Notes under the pieces: model-generated | Seen by the model: only the letters and a program-made list of their open reading frames with translations | Database searches by the model: none | Told to the model about the DNA's origin: nothing | Translations under genes and position numbers: made by a program | DNA from: Bacillota bacterium | Lineage (GTDB): Bacteria > Bacillota > Clostridia > Tissierellales > Tissierellaceae | Assembly (NCBI GenBank): GCA_051744365.1 | Contig: JBNJCX010000005.1 | Span: 2,217 to 66,216 of the forward strand | Length of the DNA: 64,000 nucleotides | Direction: 5' to 3' | Shown: positions 10,711-20,463 of the stretch, piece after piece | How positions within the stretch are numbered: position 1 is the stretch's first letter | Layout of the letters: each line of letters begins with the position of its first letter

Positions 10711-12489
10711 TTGGAAAAGTGGTTTATTAAAAACAAACTTGGGGATGTAACCAGGACTGCAGTGGAGAATAAAATTTCAGAGCCTCTGGCAAAACTTCTT
10801 ATAAATCGAGGATTGACCAGTACGAAAGATATTGACGAATATCTGGAACCCAATATAGACAGACTTCATAATCCTTTGCTATTGCACGATATGGATGCAG
10901 CTGGACGATTGATAAGGGGGAAAATCCAGGAAGGAAAGAAAATCCTTATTGTAGGTGATTTTGACGTGGATGGGATAATGTCCACATATATACTCTACAG
11001 TGTCCTGAAGAACCTGGGGGCAAAGGTTGAATATACGATTCCGGACAGAATTCAGGATGGATATGGCATAAACAATCAGATTGTACTGAATGCAAAGGCA
11101 TCGGCTGTGGATACAATAATAACATGTGACAATGGAATAGCGGCCTTCGAGGCCATAAAGACAGGCAAGAATATGGGAATGACTATGATTATAACCGACC
11201 ACCACGATATACCTCATGGTGAGAAGAATGGAAAGTCTGTAAGCATAATGCCTGAGGCTGACTGTATAATAAATCCCAAGAAAAGTATTTGCGAGTATCC
11301 GGAAAAGAACCTATGTGGAGCAGGTGTAGCTTTTAAACTTGCAGAGCATTTGGCAGCAGGCTATAAGATAAAAATAGATTCAAAGCCGTTGCTGGAGATG
11401 GTTGCCATAGCTACAATATGTGATGTAGTAGACTTGGTAGGTGAAAACCGAATTTTTGTCACTGAAGGGTTGAAAAGACTGAACAACACCTCGAATATGG
11501 GATTGAAGGCATTATTCAGTGAATCGGGGCTGGAGGACAAGAAAATCACCGTGTACCATGTGGGATTTGTCATCGGACCTAGTCTAAATGCTTCCGGAAG
11601 ACTTGACAGTGCTCTTCTCGGCCTGCAGCTTCTGTTGTCTGAAAATAAATCAGAAGCAACTGAAATCGCCATGAAGCTTAGAAAACTCAATGAACAAAGG
11701 AAAAATCTAACTGAAAAAGGAACTACGGAAATTGATGCAATGGTAGAAAGAGAATATAAGACACACAAGGTGCTTGTGGCTTATTCCCCTGAAATACACG
11801 AAAGTGTTGCAGGAATCATTGCAGGCAGGATAAAAGATAAGTATAATAGACCTACGATAGTTCTTACCAGGGGTAGAGAAGGTGTAAAAGGCTCTGGCAG
11901 GTCCATAGAGAACTATCATATATTTGAAGAATTATCAAAATGCAAGGCTCTACTTGGAAAATTTGGTGGCCATCCAATGGCAGCAGGCCTTTCCCTTGAG
12001 GAGCAGAATATTGGTAAATTGAGAGAATGTCTGAATCGCAATACAATTTTAAAGAATGAAGACCTTATTCGAAGGGTATATATAGATATGGTGATTTCAC
12101 TGGATAGGATAAGCTACGGATTTATTGAGGATATCTCAAGGTTGGAACCATTCGGCAAAGGTAATCCAAAGCCTGCCTTTGGACTCAAGGGTCTTAATCT
12201 TTCAAAGGCTTCTGTTCTTGGGGCCAAAAGAAATGTTGTAAAATTAGCTTTCAGCAATTCAGCGCCCGACCAGTCAGAAGCAATTATATTCTGTGATGGT
12301 GACAAGTGGCTGGAAGAGGTTGAGTATAACTACGGTTCGAAGGAAAAGCAGAAGCTTTTGTCAGGAATAGCAAACAACATCATGCTGGATGTAATCTATT
12401 ATCCTTCTGTAAACGAATACATGGGAAGATCTTCCATACAAATTGTTATAAATAACTATCGATTCGATAGATCCAGACCAAGAGGGTGA
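10711..12489 (+). CDS. recJ: Single-stranded-DNA-specific exonuclease RecJ
   Basis: DHH-family motifs (VGDFDVDGI, ITDHHD, GGHPMAAG). The start is uncertain: TTG 10711 follows ggagtga, and the track start is GTG 10702. Confidence 0.92.
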   Translation: MEKWFIKNKLGDVTRTAVENKISEPLAKLLINRGLTSTKDIDEYLEPNIDRLHNPLLLHDMDAAGRLIRGKIQEGKKILIVGDFDVDGIMSTYILYSVLKNLGAKVEYTIPDRIQDGYGINNQIVLNAKASAVDTIITCDNGIAAFEAIKTGKNMGMTMIITDHHDIPHGEKNGKSVSIMPEADCIINPKKSICEYPEKNLCGAGVAFKLAEHLAAGYKIKIDSKPLLEMVAIATICDVVDLVGENRIFVTEGLKRLNNTSNMGLKALFSESGLEDKKITVYHVGFVIGPSLNASGRLDSALLGLQLLLSENKSEATEIAMKLRKLNEQRKNLTEKGTTEIDAMVEREYKTHKVLVAYSPEIHESVAGIIAGRIKDKYNRPTIVLTRGREGVKGSGRSIENYHIFEELSKCKALLGKFGGHPMAAGLSLEEQNIGKLRECLNRNTILKNEDLIRRVYIDMVISLDRISYGFIEDISRLEPFGKGNPKPAFGLKGLNLSKASVLGAKRNVVKLAFSNSAPDQSEAIIFCDGDKWLEEVEYNYGSKEKQKLLSGIANNIMLDVIYYPSVNEYMGRSSIQIVINNYRFDRSRPRG

Positions 12490-12493
12490 GACT

Positions 12494-14656
12494 ATGCTAG
12501 AGAATTTATTGATGAGAATTGAACAATATAATCCACAGGCCGACATGGAATTGATAATCAAGGCATACAATTTTGCAGAGTCTGCCCATGAAGGACAAGT
12601 GAGAAATTCAGGTGAAAAATATTTTGTTCATCCTGTCCATGTTGCTATGCTCCTTGCCGATCTAAGTATGGATACACCTACAATAATTGCAGGACTTCTC
12701 CACGATGTAATTGAAGATACCAATGTGAGTTATGACAAGATCAAGGAGGAATTTGGCGAAGAGGTTGCCGATCTGGTCGATGGTGTAACAAAATTGAAAA
12801 AGCTTCACTACAAGACCAAACAGGAAAACCAGGCTGAGAATCTCAGAAAAATGGTCATAGCTATGGCAAAGGATATACGTGTGATTATTGTCAAGCTTGC
12901 CGATAGACTTCACAATATGAGAACCCTCGAGTATATGACTGATGATAAGAAAAAGGAAAAAGCGTTGGAAACCCTTGAAATATATGCTCCTATAGCTCAC
13001 AGGCTAGGGATATCCAAGATAAAGTGGGAATTGGAGGACTTGTCTTTAAGGTATCTTGACCCTGAAAACTATTACGACCTGGTTGAGAAGGTATCAAAGA
13101 GAAGACTTGAAAGAGAGGCCTATATAGATCAGATAATAGGCGTTTTGCATGAAAAGCTCGATGATATGAATCTCAAGGCTGAAATAAATGGAAGGCCAAA
13201 GAATTTCTACAGCATATATAAGAAAATGATGTATCAGGGCAAGGCTTTCGAGCAGATATATGATTTAACAGCTGTTAGAATATTAGTTGATAATATAAAG
13301 GACTGTTACGGAGCCCTTGGGATTGTCCATACTCTATGGAAGCCACTGCCGGGAAGATTCAAGGATTACGTGGCTATGCCCAAGCCAAACATGTACCAGT
13401 CACTTCATACAACAGTAATGGGCAATAAAGGTGAGATTTTTGAAGTCCAGATAAGAACCTATGATATGCACAGAACTGCTGAATACGGAATAGCAGCACA
13501 CTGGAAATACAAGGAAGATAATTTCAAGACAGACAGTTTTGATGACAAGCTAACTTGGTTGAGACAACTGATGGAATGGCAAAGTGATCTTAATGATCCC
13601 AAGGAATTCATGGAAGCCTTGAAGATTGACTTCTTTACAGACGAGGTATTCGTATTTACACCAAAAGGTGATGTTATTAATCTTCCTGATGGTTCGACTC
13701 CAATCGACTTTGCTTACCGCGTCCATACAGATGTTGGTAATAAATGTGTCGGAGCAAAGGTCGATAACAGAATTGTACCATTGAATCATAAGCTCAGAAA
13801 CGGTAATATAGTTGAAATAATAACAAGTTCAAACAGCAGCGGTCCCAGCAGGGACTGGTTAAAGATTGTTAAGAGTAATCAGGCTAAAACCAAGATCAAG
13901 CAATTCTATAAAGTAAAGGAAAGAGACAAAAATATTTCCAAGGGCAAGGAATACCTGGAAAAAGAGATTAAAAGATTAGGCTACAAACCATCGGTGATTT
14001 TGAAGGATGAATGGCTTAAAAATATTGCTACAAAGGTGAGCATCAACTCAATAGAGGATTTGTACGCATCCATTGGGTATGGAAGCATAACGATGAATCA
14101 GGTGATAAATAAACTCAAAGAGATGTATAGTGAGCATTTCAAGCCAGAAGAAAAGGATATAGTCGAAAGCAATATACAGAAAACCTCAAGGAAAGCAAAA
14201 CCAAAGCAAACACAGGGGATTAGAGTCAAGGGAATCGATAATATCAAAGTCAGGTTTTCAAAGTGCTGCAACCCTGTACCTGGAGATGATATAGTTGGTT
14301 TTATAACCAGAGGAAGAGGAGTATCGATTCATAGGAAGGATTGCCCAAACATCAAGTCCGAACTCACAGAAGAGGAAAGACTAATAGAAGTATCCTGGGA
14401 TTTCGAGAAGAAGTCATCATATAATGCCGAAATTCAGGTCAAAGCAGCTGACAGACCAGGATTATTGGCAGAAATAGCTCTTAAGATAAATGATGCCAAT
14501 ATTGGACTGGTTTCATTGAACGCAAGAACAAACAAGGACAAATTAGTAATCATAACCATGGTACTTGAAATACATGACAAGGAGCAGCTTATCGATTTGA
14601 TGAAAAAGGTAAGAAAGATAGGAAATGTATTTGAAGTATACAGAGTGACAGCATAA
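12494..14656 (+). CDS. relA: Bifunctional (p)ppGpp synthetase/hydrolase (long RSH)
   Basis: HD hydrolase (HDVIEDT, RLHNMRTL), a synthetase domain, and TGS and ACT-like C-terminal domains. Confidence 0.96.
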   Translation: MLENLLMRIEQYNPQADMELIIKAYNFAESAHEGQVRNSGEKYFVHPVHVAMLLADLSMDTPTIIAGLLHDVIEDTNVSYDKIKEEFGEEVADLVDGVTKLKKLHYKTKQENQAENLRKMVIAMAKDIRVIIVKLADRLHNMRTLEYMTDDKKKEKALETLEIYAPIAHRLGISKIKWELEDLSLRYLDPENYYDLVEKVSKRRLEREAYIDQIIGVLHEKLDDMNLKAEINGRPKNFYSIYKKMMYQGKAFEQIYDLTAVRILVDNIKDCYGALGIVHTLWKPLPGRFKDYVAMPKPNMYQSLHTTVMGNKGEIFEVQIRTYDMHRTAEYGIAAHWKYKEDNFKTDSFDDKLTWLRQLMEWQSDLNDPKEFMEALKIDFFTDEVFVFTPKGDVINLPDGSTPIDFAYRVHTDVGNKCVGAKVDNRIVPLNHKLRNGNIVEIITSSNSSGPSRDWLKIVKSNQAKTKIKQFYKVKERDKNISKGKEYLEKEIKRLGYKPSVILKDEWLKNIATKVSINSIEDLYASIGYGSITMNQVINKLKEMYSEHFKPEEKDIVESNIQKTSRKAKPKQTQGIRVKGIDNIKVRFSKCCNPVPGDDIVGFITRGRGVSIHRKDCPNIKSELTEEERLIEVSWDFEKKSSYNAEIQVKAADRPGLLAEIALKINDANIGLVSLNARTNKDKLVIITMVLEIHDKEQLIDLMKKVRKIGNVFEVYRVTA

Positions 14657-14669
14657 AGGAGGTCAATGA

Positions 14670-15119
14670 ATGAGGGCGGTTGTTCAGAGAATTACATCCG
14701 GAAGGGTTCTTGTAAATGACGAGGTTGTGGGAGAAATAGGAAATGGTCTATTGGTTTACCTAGGTGTAGGTGGAAATGATACTGATTCTGACCTTGAATA
14801 TATGGTAAATAAAATTACAGGACTTCGAATCTTCGAGGATGAAAATGAAAAGATGAATCTTTCAGTACAGGATGTTGAAGGAGAAATACTCGCAATATCT
14901 CAGTTCACACTTTATGGTGATGCCAGGAAGGGCAAACGTCCAAGTTTTACCGATGCGGCTTCACCGGATATGGGAGATGATTTTTATAAAAAGTTTATTC
15001 AAAAAACAAGCGAAATGGGAATTAATACACAATCAGGTGTTTTCGGAGCACATATGAAGGTAGATTATGTCAATGATGGCCCTGTTACAATTCTATTGGA
15101 TAGCTCCAAGCAATTTTAA
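14670..15119 (+). CDS. dtd: D-aminoacyl-tRNA deacylase
   Basis: MRAVVQRI... and [17 protein letters not shown]. Conserved position after relA. Confidence 0.95.
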   Translation: MRAVVQRITSGRVLVNDEVVGEIGNGLLVYLGVGGNDTDSDLEYMVNKITGLRIFEDENEKMNLSVQDVEGEILAISQFTLYGDARKGKRPSFTDAASPDMGDDFYKKFIQKTSEMGINTQSGVFGAHMKVDYVNDGPVTILLDSSKQF

Positions 15120-15134
15120 GGAGGAAGAGGATCA

Positions 15135-15764
15135 ATGATGATAAAGAGACTACAGGCCGGAATATATGCAGCCAACTGCTATATCATCCATTCTGAGGAT
15201 GGATATTCAGTTGTGGTTGATCCAGCTGGCGATGTTAGTGACATAATGGCTTATATTGGCGACAATAACCTTAAGGTGGAGGCAATCATACTGACTCATG
15301 GACATGGTGACCATATAGGAGGAGTTGTAGAATTAAGAAATAAACTGAAGGTACCAGTTATGGTTCATGCGGATGATGAAGACATGTTAAAGGATGGGAA
15401 TTTAAACCTTTCAAGCTCAATGGCAATGGGAGATGTGAGCTTTGAACCTGACAGGTTACTTCAGGATGGGGATATTGTAACAATCGGAAAAAAGGAATTA
15501 AAGATAATTCATACTCCAGGGCATACAAAGGGAGGCATATCCCTGCTGGTTGAAGATATTCTTGTTACAGGTGATACATTGTTCCAGGGTTCAATAGGCA
15601 GGACTGACCTTTATGGAGGAGATTTTGACACACTGATGGATAGTATAATTAACAAGCTTATGGTTCTTCCTGATGAAACAAAAATATATCCGGGACACGG
15701 AGCTCACTCATCCATCGGAGCTGAAAAAATGAAAAACCCTTTTATAAAGGGTAGATTAGAGTGA
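15135..15764 (+). CDS. MBL-fold metallo-hydrolase
   Basis: THGHGDH metal-binding motif and TPGHTKG. Confidence 0.88.
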   Translation: MMIKRLQAGIYAANCYIIHSEDGYSVVVDPAGDVSDIMAYIGDNNLKVEAIILTHGHGDHIGGVVELRNKLKVPVMVHADDEDMLKDGNLNLSSSMAMGDVSFEPDRLLQDGDIVTIGKKELKIIHTPGHTKGGISLLVEDILVTGDTLFQGSIGRTDLYGGDFDTLMDSIINKLMVLPDETKIYPGHGAHSSIGAEKMKNPFIKGRLE

Positions 15765-17269
15765 TAAAAATGGTTAAAATTCTATGTGAGGACGTTAACA
15801 TAAAAACACATGACCCTTACGAACTGGTAAGGGCTTTTTATAGCGAGGAAGAAGTGCAGGTTGTGGATGACAGAACATTTATAACTGAAGAAAAAGATGA
15901 AGACGCTGTACGGATATCCATGGATAATAATATTTACAGAGTCTCACTTCTAAGGGGAAATGAAATCGTAGATACTGAAGAGATTCCATATTCGAAACTT
16001 GATTTTTACAGAAATGAGCGAGCATCAAGAAACAATACAGTAAAACATCTAATATATAAAGTTCTTGATAGGAATCTAAAAACAAATCTTCCTTGGGGTA
16101 TACTAACTGGAACTCGACCAGTGAAGATTGCAAAGATTCTAATGGATAAGGGACTTGATATTGATGAAACCCTAGATACTCTAACAGAAGCATATCTACT
16201 GAGACCTGACAAGGCAAGACTTATAATTCAGGTTTCTATTGGACAGAAGAAAATTCTGGAATCAATAGAAAAAAACAGCTACAGCATATACATTGGGATA
16301 CCCTTCTGCCCGACAAGATGTTTTTATTGTTCATTTCCAACATTGAATGCAGATAAATATGGAAGCTCTATGGAAAGGTATGTGGAAAACCTGATCCATG
16401 AGCTGGAAGACAATGCCAGTATGATGGAGAAGTGGGCAATAAATACTATATACATTGGTGGAGGAACTCCTACATCACTACCTGTTGAACTAATGGAAAG
16501 ACTGCTTAAATATATAGATAAAAAGTTTATAGGAGTAAATGAGCTTACAGTTGAGGCAGGTCGGCCGGACACCATAAACAGCGAGTATCTTGAGCTTTTC
16601 AAGCGGTATAATGTCGACAGAATAAGCATTAATCCCCAGACTATGAACGATGATACGTTAAAGATAATAGGTCGAAGGCATTCATCAGAAGATATTCTGA
16701 CCACTTATAAATTGAGCAAGGATATCGGAATTGAGACTGTCAATATGGATTTGATTGTAGGTCTTCCTAGTGAAGACAGGAAGGATATTGAAGATACGTT
16801 AAAGAAACTTGAACCCTTGCAGCCTGACAACTTGACTGTGCATACTCTTGCAGTTAAGAAGGGCTCTGATTTTATTGATGATCGAAAGAATTATTCCATG
16901 GCCTCTGCTGAAGAAATTCAGGAGATGCTAAGGCTTACAGCTAAATATGCAGAAAAGAACAATTTGATCCCCTATTACCTGTATAGACAAAAACAGATAA
17001 TGGGCAATTTCGAAAACATTGGGTACAGCAGACCTGATAATCCATGTCTATATAATATTTCCATAATGGAGGAGAAGGAAACAATCATAGGCATCGGGAT
17101 GGGTTCTACCACCAAGCTATACAACAAGTTGGAAGATAGTATAGAAACAATAGCAAATTTCAGGAATCTTAAGGAATACATGGACAGGTTGTCAGAACTT
17201 GAATTGAGAAAAAGGCAGAAAATCAAGGGAATTGAGGATTCATGGAGCCAGATTCAGCTTGACACTTAG
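15761..17269 (+). CDS. HemN/HemZ-like radical SAM protein (coproporphyrinogen dehydrogenase family)
   Basis: GIPFCPTRCFYCSF radical SAM motif. GTG start overlaps the upstream stop. Confidence 0.82.
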   Translation: MIKMVKILCEDVNIKTHDPYELVRAFYSEEEVQVVDDRTFITEEKDEDAVRISMDNNIYRVSLLRGNEIVDTEEIPYSKLDFYRNERASRNNTVKHLIYKVLDRNLKTNLPWGILTGTRPVKIAKILMDKGLDIDETLDTLTEAYLLRPDKARLIIQVSIGQKKILESIEKNSYSIYIGIPFCPTRCFYCSFPTLNADKYGSSMERYVENLIHELEDNASMMEKWAINTIYIGGGTPTSLPVELMERLLKYIDKKFIGVNELTVEAGRPDTINSEYLELFKRYNVDRISINPQTMNDDTLKIIGRRHSSEDILTTYKLSKDIGIETVNMDLIVGLPSEDRKDIEDTLKKLEPLQPDNLTVHTLAVKKGSDFIDDRKNYSMASAEEIQEMLRLTAKYAEKNNLIPYYLYRQKQIMGNFENIGYSRPDNPCLYNISIMEEKETIIGIGMGSTTKLYNKLEDSIETIANFRNLKEYMDRLSELELRKRQKIKGIEDSWSQIQLDT

Positions 17270-17287
17270 GCAGTATTATTTTATAAT
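17259..17287 (+). promoter_or_regulatory. Consensus sigma-A promoter for the aspS leader
   Basis: TTGACA (17259-17264, inside the end of the upstream CDS), a 17-nt spacer, then TATAAT (17282-17287). Confidence 0.7.
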
Positions 17288-17293
17288 TATGTA

Positions 17294-17522
17294 AATTAAA
17301 TAAACAGACTTTGATAAGGAAGAGTATCAGAAATTATTGGGGCAAGAGAGCTGAAGATGGTGGGAATTCAGCACCAATATTCTGTGAAGACACCTTTGAG
17401 TCAGCAGTATATCTGCTCGTGAAATACGTTATAAATTGAGTGAGGAAAACCTAATTAGGGTGGCACCGCGAGATAAGCCTCTCGTCCCTGAAAATCAGAG
17501 ATGAGAGGTTTTATATTTTTTT
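17294..17522 (+). promoter_or_regulatory. T-box leader (Asp specifier) with terminator
   Basis: T-box sequence aattagGGTGGcACCGCG (17453-17470) and an AGAGA stem-I element. The candidate specifier is GAC-A at 17389-17392. Terminator: cctctcgtc (17478-17486) pairs with gatgagagg (17500-17508), followed by a T-run. Confidence 0.9.
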
Positions 17523-17536
17523 AAGGAGGTATAATT

Positions 17537-19321
17537 ATGGGAGAAAAAATGGGAAATCTTAGACGTACTGCCATGTGTGGAAATCTTAGGATGGATGATG
17601 TGGGAAGTGATGTGGTACTGATGGGCTGGGTCCAGAGAGAGAGGAACCTGGGGGGGTTGTTATTTATAGACCTGAGGGATACAACTGGCTTGGTACAGAT
17701 AGTATTTGACGATAAAGCACCTAGAGATATGGTGGAAAAAGCCGAATCTGTAAGAACTGAGTACGTATTGGCAATCAGAGGTAAGGTAAGGGAAAGACAA
17801 TCCAAGAATCCTAATATGCCAACAGGGGATATTGAGATTCTGGCAGAGGAAATCAAGATACTGGACGAAGCACAGACGCCTCCTATATATATCAAGGACG
17901 AAGACAATGTAAGCGAAACAATGAGGCTGAAATACAGATATCTTGACTTGAGAAAGCCTTCAATGCAGAAAAATTTGAAGTTAAGGGCAAAAATTTCAAA
18001 GGTGGTCAGGGACTTTTTTTACGAAAATGATTTTGTAGAGATAGAGACTCCTATGCTTACAAAACCTACTCCTGAGGGAGCAAGGGATTATCTGGTGCCC
18101 AGCAGAGTAAACCCTGGTCAGTTCTATGCACTTCCACAGTCTCCTCAATTGATGAAGCAGCTTTTGATGGTATCTGGCATGGACAGGTACTATCAGATAG
18201 TGAAATGCTTCAGGGACGAGGATTTAAGAGCCAACAGGCAGCCTGAATTCACTCAGGTGGATGTAGAGATGAGCTTTGTGGATGTTGAGGATGTTCTAGA
18301 TATTAATGAAAAGCTTATGCAGAGACTTTTCAAGGAAATCAAGGGAATAAATTTGGAGCTTCCTTTGATGAGAATGTCATATAATGATGCTATGGACAGG
18401 TATGGAGTGGATAAACCAGACCTGAGATTCGAACTTGAGCTTAAGAATGCATCAGAATTATTGAAAGCTTGTGGCTTCAAGGTGTTCAGTGACGCCATCC
18501 AGTCAGGTGGAGTTGTAAAGGGAATCAACGTAAAAAATGGAGCAGACAAATTTACACGTAAGGACATATCAAAGCTTGAGGATTATGCAAAAACCTATGG
18601 TGCAAAAGGGCTTGCCTGGATGAAGCTGACTGATGAAGGAATCAGTTCACCTATTGGAAAGTTCTTCGACGATAAAGAAATAAATAATTTAACAGAGTTT
18701 TTTGAAGCGGAAAAAGGTGATATGCTACTTTTTGTAGCTGATACCATACAAGTTGCAAACGATAGTTTAGGAAATCTTAGAAATGATATTGCAAGAAGGA
18801 TGGATTTGATTTCTGATGAAGATTTCAAAATACTTTGGATTACAGATTTTCCGTTGTTTGAATACGACGAGGAAGAAGAAAGATATGTGGCAAAGCATCA
18901 TCCATTTACTCATCCAGTAGAAGAAGATATCCCATTGCTTGAAACTGAGCCTCATAGAGTAAGAGCAAAAGCTTATGACCTGGTGATAAATGGAGATGAA
19001 ATGGGAGGAGGAAGTATCAGGATAAACAATTCCCAACTTCAATCCAGAATGTTCAGTGCACTGGGATTCAGTAAAGAAGAGGCTCAAGCAAAGTTCGGAT
19101 TTCTGCTTGAAGCGTTTAAGTACGGAACACCTCCGCACGGCGGAATAGCCTTTGGTTTGGACAGACTTGTCATGTTGTTTTCAGGACGTTCGAACATAAG
19201 GGATGTAATTGCTTTTCCAAAAACCCAATCAGCTACCTGTCTTATGACAGATGCACCTACAGAGGCTTCGCCTAAACAGCTGCAAGAGGTTCATATAAGG
19301 GTTGATCTGAAGAATGAATGA
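17537..19321 (+). CDS. aspS: Aspartate--tRNA ligase
   Basis: Class II aaRS motifs (FRDEDLRANRQPEFTQVD, GGGSIRI, GIAFGLDR). AAGGAGG lies 7 nt upstream. Confidence 0.97.
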   Translation: MGEKMGNLRRTAMCGNLRMDDVGSDVVLMGWVQRERNLGGLLFIDLRDTTGLVQIVFDDKAPRDMVEKAESVRTEYVLAIRGKVRERQSKNPNMPTGDIEILAEEIKILDEAQTPPIYIKDEDNVSETMRLKYRYLDLRKPSMQKNLKLRAKISKVVRDFFYENDFVEIETPMLTKPTPEGARDYLVPSRVNPGQFYALPQSPQLMKQLLMVSGMDRYYQIVKCFRDEDLRANRQPEFTQVDVEMSFVDVEDVLDINEKLMQRLFKEIKGINLELPLMRMSYNDAMDRYGVDKPDLRFELELKNASELLKACGFKVFSDAIQSGGVVKGINVKNGADKFTRKDISKLEDYAKTYGAKGLAWMKLTDEGISSPIGKFFDDKEINNLTEFFEAEKGDMLLFVADTIQVANDSLGNLRNDIARRMDLISDEDFKILWITDFPLFEYDEEEERYVAKHHPFTHPVEEDIPLLETEPHRVRAKAYDLVINGDEMGGGSIRINNSQLQSRMFSALGFSKEEAQAKFGFLLEAFKYGTPPHGGIAFGLDRLVMLFSGRSNIRDVIAFPKTQSATCLMTDAPTEASPKQLQEVHIRVDLKNE

Positions 19322-20027
19322 TAGATTTGCAAGAACAAGCATTCTCCTTGGAGAGAATGCAATGAAAATATTGAAGGAGTCTACCGTGGCGGTCTTCGGA
19401 ATTGGAGGTGTGGGCTCCTATGCCGTGGAGGCTCTTGCCAGAACAGGAATAGGCAAGCTTGTCATAGTGGACTATGATATAATAGATATATCAAATATAA
19501 ATCGACAGGTACATGCTTTGACAAGTACAATCGGACAATTCAAGGTCGATGCAATGAAAGAAAGACTTTTGGACATTAATCCTGAGCTGAAGGTTGTTGC
19601 AGTCAACGATAAGTATAACAGTGAAACAAGGGAAAAACTGTTATCAAATGAGTATGACTATATTGTAGATGCCATTGATATGGTTTCTTCAAAGTTGGAT
19701 TTGGTTACATCAGCATCCTCAATGGGTATACCAATAATAAGCTCAATGGGAGCAGGAAACAAATTAAATCCTACCGGTTTTATGGTTAAGGACATTAACA
19801 GCACAAAAGTCTGTCCTTTGGCTAGAGTTATGCGCCAGGAGTTGAGAAAACGCGGAATAGAAAACCTGAAGGTAGTATACTCAGAGGAAGAGCCATTGAA
19901 GATAAATCTTGGGGAAGGCGAACGGCGGAAAGCCATACCGGGAAGCATTGGATTCGTACCACCGGTAGTTGGCTTGATTATTGCGTCGGAAGTAATAAAG
20001 GATTTAACATCACAGGAGGAGAGATAG
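19314..20027 (+). CDS. tcdA: ThiF/MoeB-family tRNA threonylcarbamoyladenosine dehydratase
   Basis: VFGIGGVGSY nucleotide-binding loop and NRQ motif. The size fits TcdA/CsdL-type E1-like enzymes. Confidence 0.75.
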   Translation: MNDRFARTSILLGENAMKILKESTVAVFGIGGVGSYAVEALARTGIGKLVIVDYDIIDISNINRQVHALTSTIGQFKVDAMKERLLDINPELKVVAVNDKYNSETREKLLSNEYDYIVDAIDMVSSKLDLVTSASSMGIPIISSMGAGNKLNPTGFMVKDINSTKVCPLARVMRQELRKRGIENLKVVYSEEEPLKINLGEGERRKAIPGSIGFVPPVVGLIIASEVIKDLTSQEER

Positions 20028-20028
20028 C

Positions 20029-20451
20029 GTGGATCAAATAGGATTTGTGATAAAGAAAGTTGGTGACCAGAAGGTACAACTGGAAGTTAAAAGACCATCA
20101 GGATGAGGCAGCTGTAGTTCCTGCGCAAGTTCTTGCGAAGTTAAGCCTCACTATGTTACAGTTAACAACAATATCGATGCGAAGCCTGGTGATTTTGTGG
20201 AGCTTCAGGCTATTCAAAAAAATATTATGAAGTATGTGACAATAATATATATGATTCCTTTTGCTTTCTTAATATTGGGAATCTTTGTCGGAAACAGTAT
20301 GTTCAAAGGAATGGAGACCGCCAGCCACGAGCTTCTGATTTTTGGTATGGGAATTGTATTCCTGGCAATATCATTTGTGATTGTGAGAATTATTGACAAA
20401 GTATTTGCAAAGAAAGATGAGAATATAATCGTTATGACAAGAAAGCTTTAA
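20029..20451 (+). CDS. RseC/MucC-family small membrane protein with a single in-frame TGA (candidate selenocysteine at codon 26)
   Basis: GTG 20029 lies 9 nt after AGGAGG (20014-20019). The frame reads MDQIGFVIKKVGDQKVQLEVKRPSG-TGA(20104-20106)-GSCSSCASSCEVKPHYVTV...PGDFVELQAIQ and runs straight into the tracked 84-aa ORF (20197..20451), which carries 2 TM helices. The track's GTG 20197 has no SD. Confidence 0.6.
20105..20149 (+). promoter_or_regulatory. SECIS-like hairpin immediately 3' of the in-frame TGA
   Basis: GAGGC (20105-20109) pairs with GCCTC (20145-20149), and AGCT (20110-13) pairs with AGTT (20139-42). The upper stem is CGCAA (20124-28) with TTGCG (20133-37), capped by the loop GTTC (20129-32). 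Confidence 0.45.
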
Positions 20452-20463
20452 GGAGGGGTGGTT

